This document shows, one piece after another, positions 10,094 to 21,800 of a stretch of 64,000 nucleotides of DNA. The position numbers and the translations under genes are program-made. The first letter of the stretch is position 1. Each line of letters starts with the position of its first letter. The DNA is from Azolla caroliniana (taxonomy: Eukaryota; Plantae; Polypodiophyta). A model generated the notes under the pieces. The model searched no databases. It saw only the letters and a program-made list of their open reading frames with translations, and was not told the DNA's origin. The stretch is taken from positions 15,066,001 through 15,130,000 of the forward strand of contig JBHGNT010000016.1 in the NCBI GenBank assembly GCA_043228905.1, in the 5' to 3' direction.

Positions 10094-12874
10094 TTACGGA
10101 GAATCACTACTATAACTAATATACAATGACGATTCCTCCTCATCATCCTCGGATGTACCAATCAGTGCATTATCTTCGTCATAAACCAAATGGTTTGACT
10201 CTAGATTATATGTAGCAGATCTCGTTTGCCTTTGACTCGAGCCACCTTGTAGACCTGGTAATTTTTCTTTTATTATATCTATTGTTGACTTCCTTAATCA
10301 TCCGGCTTTTGTAAGTGTGAAGTCGTACACGATGATATCCACATCAGAGATATCAAGGGTCGAGGTGTTACGAATGTTTCGCTTCCTCTTCCTACCTCCC
10401 CTTCTTGTTTGGCATTCAATCATCTCCAATGTATACTTACCTGTAAAAGCATTTGCACTTCTAGTGTTGTACCAATGAACATTTATAGACTTGATCGTGT
10501 TTTCTATTTCATGCATTAGCACTTCTAGAATTTTACCAACCCAAAATTGGTGGCCATGTGAGTTCTCATCAGCCGGCGTTGCAATCAACATCCCCGCGAT
10601 GAGCTCTTGCAAATTTCCTTGCCATCTAGCTTCGGCTGCTTTGGTCATCCTTGGTCCCACATAAATGTCTCTTTGTTGTGGATGGACCAAGCTGTCATTA
10701 ATCGCATTTACTAGTCACTCTGGAGTTCTATTTACGCGATCATGTTGCAGCGACCATGTGAATGGCGTTTCCAAATTCCAATTATCAACAGATACACAAT
10801 TGTCTATAATTTCTTTCTGATCAGTATAAAATACATCCCACCATGACGTGTCTTGTTGTGCGGCATATTTCTTGGCGGCCTCAATATGTTTTCTTTTTTC
10901 TTCTAAGGCTTGGAGCCATGACCGTTTTTGTTCTAATACCAAGTCGCTCTGCAACTGTCCTTTCTTCTCAATTGGCATTTGCTTAGCTCCATGGACAATT
11001 GTACTCGGCATACAAAGTAATAACTGGCAACCACCTTCAGGTTCCCATGTTGTAGAAGATGAATATTGTTTAGCATACAAAAGTGTAGAACCACTTATTC
11101 CATTTTTCTTTATCAAAAAAATGTGATTGAAACTTATATTGTTTAACTGAGCAAGCACTTTAACATTCCCACCACCCCCATCTAATATATATCTCTTAAA
11201 GTCATATACCTCCTTCAAGTGTAACACTTTTGGGCGTGGTGTATATGCATCACAAATGACATCAAATAGTTTAGGTAAAGTGAAAGCATCATGCCGAGAC
11301 AACTGTCTGGAGAATGTGCTAAACATCTGATCTATATGGTCATGTGTGTGGCCAACCAAAAGGAAATTGACTTTCACTTTCCTAAACAATTCTAGGTTGA
11401 CCAACATACTTAGATAGCCAAATACAGTTGAATTTTTGTTCTCTCTAGCAGTATTGTCCAATTGAATGTATAGAACAGGGGGGAAAGGTTGTCCCCAAGA
11501 CATCAAAACTCGGTGAATCACTGTAACTGTTAGGTTAGGGTCATTGTGAACATCGGGGTAAGTAATGAAGACGTGAGGTCGAACAGACCTATTATAAGCC
11601 AAGCATCCCACCAAGTGCATTTGAACAAGGCACTCATCATTGACATCTTTGGGGAGCCTCCGCATATGCGGCAAGCATGTCTTCTTCTGGTCCATGCCAT
11701 CTATCATTAAGCACATGTATTGTTCAGGCCTCTTCAAACACTTCTCTCTATGATGCATCGCCTTCCTTCGTTCTAAGGATTGTGCCTCACGATGCTCTTG
11801 TAGTAAGTTCTTACTCGTATCCTTTTCCATTGATGTCTTTGCACCTTTAGCCAAACTTTTAAGATTTTCACAAATGGAGCAATAACCCATACGTACTTTA
11901 CGAGGAATAATAACATTTGAAAACCGAGCTCTCCATAATCTTGTGAATTGGCTATAGGTGATAGACTTATTACGTGAGCCCAGCATTTCAGATCGATAGA
12001 CATCATAAACTTCCCGACGGGTATAATTATCAGAAAGATGCATCCTACCTGTAGTGGGCATTACTTCACAATTTAACTGAAAGTAAGTTTTCATCCAGCC
12101 AATAGCTAGTCTTCCAATTGCACCTTTCATACTTGGAACCTCTTTACAATTGAGCATCTGATCCCCGCTAAGTAAACGTTGTTGTACTCTATGTAGCCGC
12201 ATGTTACTAACACATAACACAATTTTGAATGCAACTCTACATATCTGTTGCGCATGGAAGATATAATACTCGAATGATACTTTGATCCCCGTACATTTGT
12301 CAGATACTAGTTGCATATGTGATCCGAGGTAAGTGTCTTGCTCATCACCGGTCATCGAAAAATAGTATCGCCTTAATTCTCGCAACTTTGATTTTCCAAT
12401 CATAGACATACAACCACGGGCACAACATATTTTGTTGACATCAAATCCAATCTGTTTATCTGATGTCACCAAGCTAAATCTAGCCAGACGAATTCTTCGT
12501 GGGATTCTTCTAATATGCATAGGGCTCCCAGATTTCTCTTCCTGCATAGAGGTTGGTGTAACCTTGTTACAGTCTAATTCTCTGTTCTGACCATCGCCAA
12601 TGTTATTCAATGTTTCCTGGGCATTTCCTTCATTCTCGGTATCTTTATTAATATCGTATTCTTCAATAGAGAACTCTTCACATGTGTCATTATTTACATT
12701 CCCTGTAGATGAGCTCAGACAATATTCTTCCATAGAATATGGTGAGTCGGTCGAAAGACAATATTCTTCAATCGAATATGGTGACTCTGTTGACAAACAA
12801 TACTCTTCAGTAGAAAACGATGGGTCTGATGACAAACAATATTCTTCAATCGAGAACGGTGAATCTTCACTCAT
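10094..12874 (-). pseudogene. Sola-like DDD/E transposase, ~926 codons, two in-frame TGA codons (10715-10717, 10298-10300)
   Basis: CCARGC; ICRVAF; CSIC...H; MIDGMDQKK; LYIQLDNTARENKN; FLLVGHTHDHIDQMFS; ORFs 10715-12874 and 10298-10690 and the tail to TAA at 10094 all share one frame; superfamily call from motif memory plus the 4-bp TSD. Confidence 0.8.
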
Positions 12875-13545
12875 GGCTTAAGGTCTAGATAGGGCTCTCT
12901 AAGTTATACTCCTCTCTAACCATATACTCCTCCCTAAACATAAACTTCTCTCTAAACAAAAGCCAAATCAATAGAATGTCTATATTATGTAATATTCTAT
13001 TAAAATACAATACATCTAAAAATTATTTTTAATAAAGTAATTTAACTTAAATTATCAATCATTATATAAACTAGATCTAAATGATGTTAAATCAAGTAAA
13101 ATATAAAACTAATCATTAACAAGCCTTGAATATGTTGGATTAATGTTAAACTCATTGGCTAATTAATGTCACCCATTTTGATATAGAACGTCTCACTCAT
13201 TGATTCTTTAATGCTCACCATTTTAAATATTAGACTTATCAATCACTGGTTAATTCATGCCCACATCTTTAATACATAACTATTGAGAGTCATAAAATTT
13301 TTTGCTTTTAGTAATCAATCATTGGTACATTCATGAACCTCTATCATTGTCTCCTTCATAACCTTTGAAGTGATTGTAGGTTGTTATGAGTATAAAAGAT
13401 TGATCAATATGTTAGTTTGACTTTGTAATCATTAATACAATCATAAGTTACTATAGTTAATGTGACTATGGTTACAAACTAACTATCCTCAAAGTTACCA
13501 ACATTGGTTAAGGTGACTATGGTTACTTTAACCATGGGTTCAATC

Positions 13546-13556
13546 CCTATAAATAG
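13546..13556 (+). promoter_or_regulatory. TATA box of the methyltransferase cargo gene
   Basis: CCTATAAATAG ~160 bp upstream of ATG 13707 within an AT-rich divergent intergenic region. Confidence 0.55.
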
Positions 13557-13581
13557 GAAGACCTCATCATATTTCACTCAC

Positions 13582-13655
13582 CAGAGCGTACAGAGCGTAC
13601 AGAGCACTCAGAGCACACAGAGCACACAGAGCACACAGAGCACACAGAGCACTCA
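13582..13655 (+). repeat. 9-bp tandem repeat (CAGAGCRYW) x8 in the putative 5' UTR
   Basis: cagagcgta x2, cagagcact, cagagcaca x4, cagagcact. Confidence 0.9.
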
Positions 13656-13706
13656 AGGCACAAAGCACGAAAGCGCGATCTCCGCCTCCACACAACACGA
13701 TCAACC

Positions 13707-16700
13707 ATGTCTTCCAAGAGAGTCGAGCGCGAGGAGTCCAGGTAGGCCTCTGACACTGTGGACATTTTTGTAAATATGTTTCGTTTCCCAAGAACTCGAT
13801 ACGGCGTATCGAGTTCATGTATACAATACAAATATTTATACACGAACTCGATACGGCGTATCGAGTTCGTGTGTAAATATTTGTATTGTATACATGAACT
13901 CGATACGCCGTATCGAGTTCGTGTTTAAAGTATAGGTTTTAAACATGAACTCGATACGGCGTATCGAGTTCGTGTTTAAAACCTACACTTTAAACACGAA
14001 CTCGATACGGCGTATCGAGTTCGTGTTTAAAACCTACACTTTAAACACGAACTCGATACGGCGTATCGAGTTCGTGTTTAAAACCTACACTTTATACACG
14101 AACTCGATACGGCGTATCGAGTTCGTGTTTAAAGTGTAGCCTTTGAGAGAGAAAAATTTTACGGGGTGGAAATGATATCAAATTGTCTGGCAAAATCAGT
14201 CTTTTTTATGTTGACTTTACTTACGTTTAAACAAATACATGCTCTAATTATAGGTGTTTTATGACCTACTTTAGCTTAAAATAGTAGAAAATGATCTACA
14301 AATTGCCTTCACTATGGCAAATTGTCCTCAATATAGGTTTAGAATCTATATAAGTCACACCTACTATTTAAAAGAATATATAACCCGTTTTACTTATTAC
14401 GATATATATTTTCTAGGTTGAATAGCCCTGCCTATAATAGATTTTTAAATATGTTACTGCTCCTGGAAACTGTTCTTCATTATAATAACATATTCAATCT
14501 ACGTGACTGTCTAACTTATGTTTTTGCATATACTTTCTTAAATAGGTCGTTTGAGAACCTGTCAGACCGACCCGTAAAGAAAATTAAGCTTCGCATACAA
14601 GGTTCTCCAATCGAAGCCTAGACCAAGGTAACTCCGGAGACCATGAAGAGAGGAAAAAAGCTTCTCTTTAACGAAGAGACAAAATCTCAGCCACATAGTG
14701 ATGTAAGCCAAAAGAAACTTGTCGCCGCTACTGGAGGCGAAGACCTTCCTGACCGAGATCTCACGGACAAGGAATGGTGTATGCAATATGTCGACTCAAA
14801 GAAAAAAGTCGTATTGTATACAGCAAAGAAGAAGGGTGAGGGGCAGCTAGGGAAAGAAACTCCATTTATGTATGGCCGAATTCTACGATTTGACTACGAA
14901 GATGCAGATTCGGCCAACATACTGGTAATGATAGAGTGCTCCAAGGGGGTACGCAAAGTGTTCCTTTCAGAAGACCTTTTAGTAAAGCAATCTTGTGGGC
15001 CTGAAGTGTTCAAAAAAGCACTTGATAACTCACAAAACCTGATTGTTACCTTGAGGCCTTATATACAAGGCCATGTAACTCTAAGAGATGAAGAGCCCTC
15101 CCACGTGAAGGCCACTAAAAAGGTATCCAAAGTCCAGTCAAGACAAGCCAAGAAGAAGACAACGAAAATGTCGGATACGGATTCGACAAGTGAAAATGAA
15201 GAAGAGGATAATAAGGGGACGCTAGGAGCCGAGCTGGCCTCGGGTGTCTTGTCATCCGAGCAGAATAAAATAAGGAGAGAGTTAATGCAACGGAAGCTGG
15301 TCAGGAAAGGGCAAGTATTTAATTTGCCTATAACACACATCCATCGGCCCCCTATTGATGAAAAAACAGGTCGAAGACCACTTGAGATTAGAGAGCCTCA
15401 TCGCATGCATGTTCAAAATCTCAAGAAAAAAATGAAAATTAATCCTCATGCCACAGTGGTGCCTTTTATTGTTATGGTGGATCCTGAAGAATGCGAAACC
15501 ATTGAAGATTTTGATATCAAAAAGCATGATCAATATAATTATTTTGTCATTGGTGGATCGCATTCAGCAGAGGCACGTCGGCAACTTGTGAGAGAACATC
15601 CAACCACTTTCTTCTTCAAGTATGCCGAGTGCAAAATTTATGTTGGGCTCACAACCGAAGAGGCTAAGCTGTTGGCATGGGACCATAATAATGATAATGA
15701 CTATAGGCAGAAAATGTCGTCTATTGAGCGTATACGGTTCTTCCACCACGAGTATTTAGATGTGAAACAAAAGTTTGGTGTGAAGTTACATCCAGGCCTT
15801 CGACGTCAATGTCTTCATGAAGTCGGCATTGTGGTAGATGATAATGTTAGGTCCGATGGTCTTCGAAAGTATGAATCTTGGTTTCAATTAGCGTTTAGAG
15901 ATGGAGAAGTATGGGACCTCCAAGATCAAATCTTCTCAATGTGGGAGAATAAGGAGGTAAAGGGTCAACGACAAAAGAAATGTAGGGTTGACCCTCAACT
16001 AGAATTAAAGTCACAAGCCGCCAAGAAAATTGACTTGACAATTGAAGAAGCGGCAGACGACATGAAGCTGTCTCTATGGAGAGCGATGCAAGGTATTAAG
16101 GACGAGCAGCTTCTTGTGTCGGTTTTGTCAAGGGTTGTGGCGAAAGATTTAAGCCTTGAAGAAATGGTCACCGAGTTCAATAAGTAAGTCTTTCAAATAC
16201 TGAAATTGTAGTCTATCTGGTGTAATTCAAAGTTCTAATCTTGATTTCTAATTTTACAGTCATAAGGTGTACATGAAGATCCAAGAAGTAATGATGAAAC
16301 AACTTGGATGTATAACTTGGGAACAAGTGACCGAGGATTATCCTCTAACGTCTTCGTATAAGGCGTTATCAGAGTATTTTATTGCATTCAAGGATTGGGT
16401 TAGTATTGATGTTTTTTCATTACACTTTCATCATATGTAGAGCTTGTATAATAATACCTGATGTCTATTGTTTCTATTAGAAACCGTGTCGAGGCAAGAA
16501 ACAAGGAGAAGTTAAGGATATACACGATTTCCCTACATCCTTCCTTGCACATCTCGAGCGAGCCAGAAAAGAAAAGGATCGTCGCTTAGTCAAGGCGTAC
16601 GAAATGGAGGAAGATGGCTCGTTTAAAAAATTTAGCCACAAAAAAGATATTACGAGAGATCTTTACTACAATGTGGTTTGCGGTGATGTCATCGACTTGA

Positions 16701-17769
16701 TCCAGAAGGTGCCAAAGAAGGAATATACGCTAATGATTGCGGATATTCCTTACGGATTTCGAATGGCTGGGTCATCATACGACGATGAACCGTTTAGGTT
16801 TAAACAATTGGAGAAGATGGTCAAGGATTTCGCTGAGCTAACGACCGCATCCTTGTGGCGAATAGTTGTCTTTCATAGTATGGACCAAGGGTACTCGGTA
16901 GCTCAAGCTTTGAGATCTCGTTGCCATGGCATCGAGAACCTTGCATGGTAAGGATTATTTATAGGTGTCTTTCATTATATTGCAATTCTTAAGGTTGTTG
17001 AATCTATTCTTAACTCGATGAATTATTTTTTATAGGATCAAGACCAATGTAAATAGAGGGCCAACTTTTCGGTTCGTTAATGCCATTGAATACATAACGG
17101 TTGGCTACTTCGATGAAATTAAAAAACAGAGAATCAAAGAGCATTCTAATGAAGTGGGAGGTTCAAATCTGTTGGTATATCCAGCAGTGACTCGGAAATT
17201 GCGACATGTCACCACGACAGAACGGGGACTTGTCAACCCATACCAAAAACCTCAACGACTTATGATGCGCTTGATCGAGATGTTTTCTGTCGAAGGAGAC
17301 TGGATATTAGATCTCTTTTCTGGCACAGGTATTCCTCGAACTAGGGTAACGATCTTGAGATAACCAATCACTTTTTTTCGTTTGACAACTAAATCTTCTT
17401 GTTACTTACATCATAGGAACTACGTCAGCATGTGCATTGAAGCTGTTTAGAAATACAGTTGCATTGGAGAAGGACGAGGACCAAGTTATATTTATTAATA
17501 TGCGGATTAAGGCTTTGTGGGAGTGCCCAGACCAGGATGAGGAGGTCGGTGCAAAGAACCTTGCCAATACAGAAAGGTTTCAACCCGCTTCGCGAGAGCC
17601 TATTCCTCCGTTAGCCGGCGAACCGGGGGAGCTAATAGAGCTTGATGATGAGCTTATAGAAGATATTTCGTTGGCCCGGCTAACAGGGGAAACCAATGCA
17701 CGTATAGCCGAAGACAGTTCTACACAAGATGATGAAGAAAATGACGTTGATGAATTGATTGCTATGTAA
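13707..17769 (+). CDS. Six-exon gene: ParB/Srx-like domain plus beta-class N4-C/N6-A DNA methyltransferase (N6_N4_Mtase-like); one in-frame TAG at 14619-14621, or translation from ATG 14643 (930 aa)
   Basis: Predicted exons 13707-13741, 14546-16183, 16260-16398, 16481-16947, 17036-17328, 17417-17769; all introns GT-AG and phase-consistent (2925 nt total); motifs YFVIGGSHSAEARRQL (ParB-like), VVCGDVIDLI..LMIADIPYG (motif IV), LAWIKTN..NAIEYITVG, NPYQKPQRLMMRLIEMFS.EGDWILDLFSGTGTTS..ALKLFRNTVALEKD (motifs X, I, II). Confidence 0.88.
13792..14124. repeat. Array of seven 25-bp palindromes GAACTCGATACG-S-CGTATCGAGTTC, period 51-52 bp
   Basis: Copies start at 13792, 13844, 13896, 13947, 13998, 14049, 14100; lies in predicted intron 1. 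Confidence 0.97.
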
Positions 17770-18816
17770 TAGACTATATAAAGAATATGACACTGACGAT
17801 TTGTTAAGATTTCATATTATTAATACAAATTTTGGGTTTTACCTAGTGGATTCTATTCTTTATAATCATCTATATGTTTCAATTTTATTTTTATATACTT
17901 CATTAGTAGATTTATGATATTGGTTTCACCGCGTGCATAGCTGACTACCAAACTTATGGAGAAACATGAACTAGCTTAAATGGAGGCTGATTTTGGTCCA
18001 AGCTAACCTTAACAGAACATGGCCCTATAATTATTGCCATGACTGTCCATGTTGTTATTATGGATCTTTGTCTTATATTGTTAAAACTATTATGTTTCTA
18101 TTCCATTGCTGCTTAGATTGTGTAGTGTGTTGATAATGGTTCCAGTTGCGTTATCGTTCGGAGTTTGATCTTGTGTGAATCACCTAAGCAATAGAGTAGA
18201 TCAATTTTAAATACAGGTATGAAAGCCTAATAGGTTTGTTATTTCCACGACATTATCCTAAAGTTCACTGCCTTACATTGTGCACAATTATATACACATA
18301 TGGTTTGATCCCATATGAACAAACTGAGGAATAGATTAGATCAACTTTTAATATAAGTATTGAATACTTTAATAAGTTAGTTATTCCAATCACTTATCCT
18401 AATGTGCACTATCCTACATTTTCGACAATTACATACATGCACGTATGGGTCAAAGTATAAATTATATCTCATTTTATTAGTATGGATACAAGTACACCTC
18501 ATATTTTTGTAAAACCTACCTAATTAATATAAGTCTTTAAGTTAGTGTTTCCCTTGTCGCACAATAGTGCCATATTGAGCCATAGTTGAACTTTATTTAG
18601 ATACATTAACTTATCAACATGTCTAAACTTGCATGATTTCTACTGATCTCCACTCGTAGATCTATCATGTATTTTTATATTTGCAAATTCTTATCAAGTT
18701 GAGGAACATGTGATACTAGTGTATCCAATTATTGTAGAGAGGGTGTATTTTCTTCGTTTTAAGAAGATTCTACAAGTGGAATGCGCAATCCTTCCACTTG
18801 TGAACGCGAACGTGTT

Positions 18817-21800
18817 TAAAAATACCTTCTGTCCAAGGTTGAATACACGAGGTTGCCTATGATGATCGGCATAAAAACGCGCTCTATCTTGAGCTGTTTT
18901 TATATTATCTCGTGCAATATGCAACATATCTTGCATATCCCGAAGAAAGTTTTGCGTACTTCACAACTCATCATGATGTATATTAACATCAATCGGGGCT
19001 CGTGGCTGAAAACCATACATCAACATAAAAGGACTATATCCCGTCGACGTATGCTTGGAGCTGTTATAAGCAAACTCCAAAATTGGGAGATAACGTTCCC
19101 ATTTTGTTGGTTTTGCACCAACGTATGCTCGAAGCATGTCCTCAATAATTTGATTTACTCGTTCTGTCTGTCCATCGGATTGAGGATGATCCGTGGAGCT
19201 CATGCTCAACGTAGTTTCTAACTTCTTAAAGACTTGTGTCCAGAAGTCACTAGTAAACTTTGGATCTCGATCACTCACGATATCCATCGGTAACCCATAA
19301 AAACGAAACAATTCGTCAACAAATTGGTAAGCCAATTCAGGAGCTGTTACCGTGGTTTTAGTAGCAATAAATCTGGCCATTTTAGTTAGTCGATCAACGA
19401 CAACCCAGATGGCATCATGACCTTTTTGGGTGCGAGGAAGGCTAACAATAAAATCCATGGATATACTTTCCCACTTATTATTGGGAATGTCCAAGGGATG
19501 TAAAAGTCCTGCGGCTTTAAGTCGCTCGGCTTTGTTAACCTGGCACTGGTGACATTTAGTCACATAGCTATGTATGTCAGGACGCATCTTAGGCCAATAA
19601 AATTGAGTGGAGATGAGAACGAGTGTACGATGTATTCCAGGGTGCCCTGCTGAGGGTGCATCATGGCATTCAAAAAGAATCCTCTTTTTGACCTCGGGTA
19701 AATCTGGAACACAAACCTTCCCATTACGGTAGAGCAAACCGTTAGCAATGTGGAAGTATTCCTTCGAGGATGTGGTGGTGTCTGTTCCAGACTCAACTCT
19801 TGCCTAGTATTTTGCGAAATAACTGTCATCAGGATACTTTCCTCGAAGGTGATCATAAAGATCTGATGATATTGCAGTGAAGCTAAGCATGTTAACTTCA
19901 CGGATGCGACTTAGTGCATCAGCGACAATGTTCATGGAACCTTTACGATATCGTATGGAAAAATCAAAGTCCTGGATGAGATCAGCCCATCGTGCCTTAC
20001 GACCTTTCAGGTTTGTTGGTCACAAAAATATTTCAAGGACTCGTGGTCCGTAGTTACCACAAAGTGATTTCCATAAAGATAATGGCGCCATGTTTTGAGC
20101 GCATGTATAACTGCAAATAATTCCTTTTCTTGAACGGTATACCGACATTGAGCAGAATCAAGTTTCTTACTCTCGAATGCTATTGGTTTACCATCTTGAT
20201 ACAAGACAGCACCTATAGCATAATCGCTTGCATCGGTTTCAACCTCAAAAGGTTTTGAAGGATCAGGTAAAAGAAGTGAAGGAGCCTTGCAAACTAGGTC
20301 CTTGAGTTCCTTAAATGCAAGGTCTAGTGTAGCATTCCACACAATAGGTTTTGTAGACTTACACGTTTGACCTTTTAAAAGATCAGTAAACGGCATCGTC
20401 AATTGGGAGTAATTACGAAGAGACTTTCGCAAAAACCCCACAAAACCAAGGAATGATCGAACTTCTCGAATATTCCGAAGAGTGGGCCAAAGCTTGATTT
20501 TCTCAATGCGAGAAGGATCAATTTCAACTCCTCGTTCGGTTATGAGATGTCCTAGATAAGTAATTGATTTCTTGAAGAACTCACATTTTGAGATCTTCGC
20601 ATAAAACTGTTTGTCACGCAATGTTTGTAAAACAAAGCGGACATGTCTAGCATGTTCTTGTAATGTACGGCTATAAACTAAAATATCATCCAGGAAAATA
20701 ACGACAAATTTTCCAAGTTGTTCTCGGAAAATGTCATTCATTTCTTGTTGAAAAGTAGCCGGAGCATTGGTCAAACCAAAAGGCATAACCAAAAACTCGT
20801 AATGGCCATAGCGCGTACGAAATGCCGTTTTAGGAACATCGTCCTCACTTATTCGTATTTGATGGTAGCCAGTACGGAGATCAAGTTTCGTAAAATACCG
20901 AGCTCCCTGGAGACGGTCAATTAGATCGTCAGCCCGAGGCAATGGATACGAATTCTTGATCGTCACTTTATTTAAGCGTCGGTAATTAATACACATACGC
21001 CATGTGCCCTCTTTCTTTTTAACCAAGAGAACTGGTGCACCCCATGGAGATTTACTATAACGTATATAACCCATTCGTAAATAGTCCTTGACTTGCTTAG
21101 ATACCTCATCTTCTTCGGATCGACTTAAGCGATACGGAGGTATACTTATTGGTGCAACACCAGGTACAATATCTATACGATGGTCTATATTACGTTTAGG
21201 AGGTAACCCATCAGGTAGTTCACTTGGAAAAACATCATGAAAATCATTTAAGATTTCATCAAGTTGTTGTTGTTCAAAATATGTTAATTGAATCGGGACA
21301 TTATCGATATTGTAAACGTGAATGTCCGGATCAAGTACACAATAAAATAACGTAGAACAAGACAACTCGGATATTGATGGACACGAGGAAACAATCGAGA
21401 GGGATTGTTTTTTTACACATTGAATAAAATGCGTACAATCGTTCAGTACAAAAGAAATGGAATGACGAACCCAATCAATAAATAAAGAAGAGTTTTTATT
21501 ATAAAACCAGGGATAACCCAGTATTACATCGGTGGTACAAAGATTCATTACATGGAAGTCTACTTCCTCTATATAAGTATCAATAGAAATTCCTAATGAA
21601 TGAATCGCCCCGTTGATGTATTGTACTCTTCCATCAGCCAAGTGCACCGTGTAGGTGTGATCACTTACGGTGGGTTGGATTCCCCATATCTGAACCAAAC
21701 GATCATTCACAAAATTGTGTGAGCTTCCCGAATCAAATAAAAATTGTACGGGAGATCCATTGATATACCCGTTTGCACGTAGTAAATCATTGGGACCCAA

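Larger units (their letters stand above)
9736..18816. mobile_element. 9.08-kb TIR DNA transposon (Sola-like) with transposase and ParB-DNA methyltransferase cargo gene
   Basis: 36-bp TIRs AACACGTTCGCGTTCACAAGTGGAAGGATYGCGCAT at 9736-9771 and 18781-18816 (1 mismatch); 4-bp TSD TAAA at 9732-9735 and 18817-18820 (alternative parse: 2-bp AA); removal restores integrase QKVFLRVPH. Confidence 0.92.

Noticed and set aside
13792-14124. CRISPR-like array (regularly spaced palindromic repeats)
   Set aside because: Spacers are near-identical or inverted copies of one another rather than unique, there are no cas genes, and the context is a eukaryotic intron
14546-17769. Bacterial contamination or prophage as the source of the MTase
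   Set aside because: The gene has phase-consistent spliceosomal introns and sits within TIRs nested in a plant LTR element with exact junctions
17900-18200. Possible third gene or exon on the minus strand of the DNA transposon
   Set aside because: The frames I read contain multiple stops and no recognisable motif
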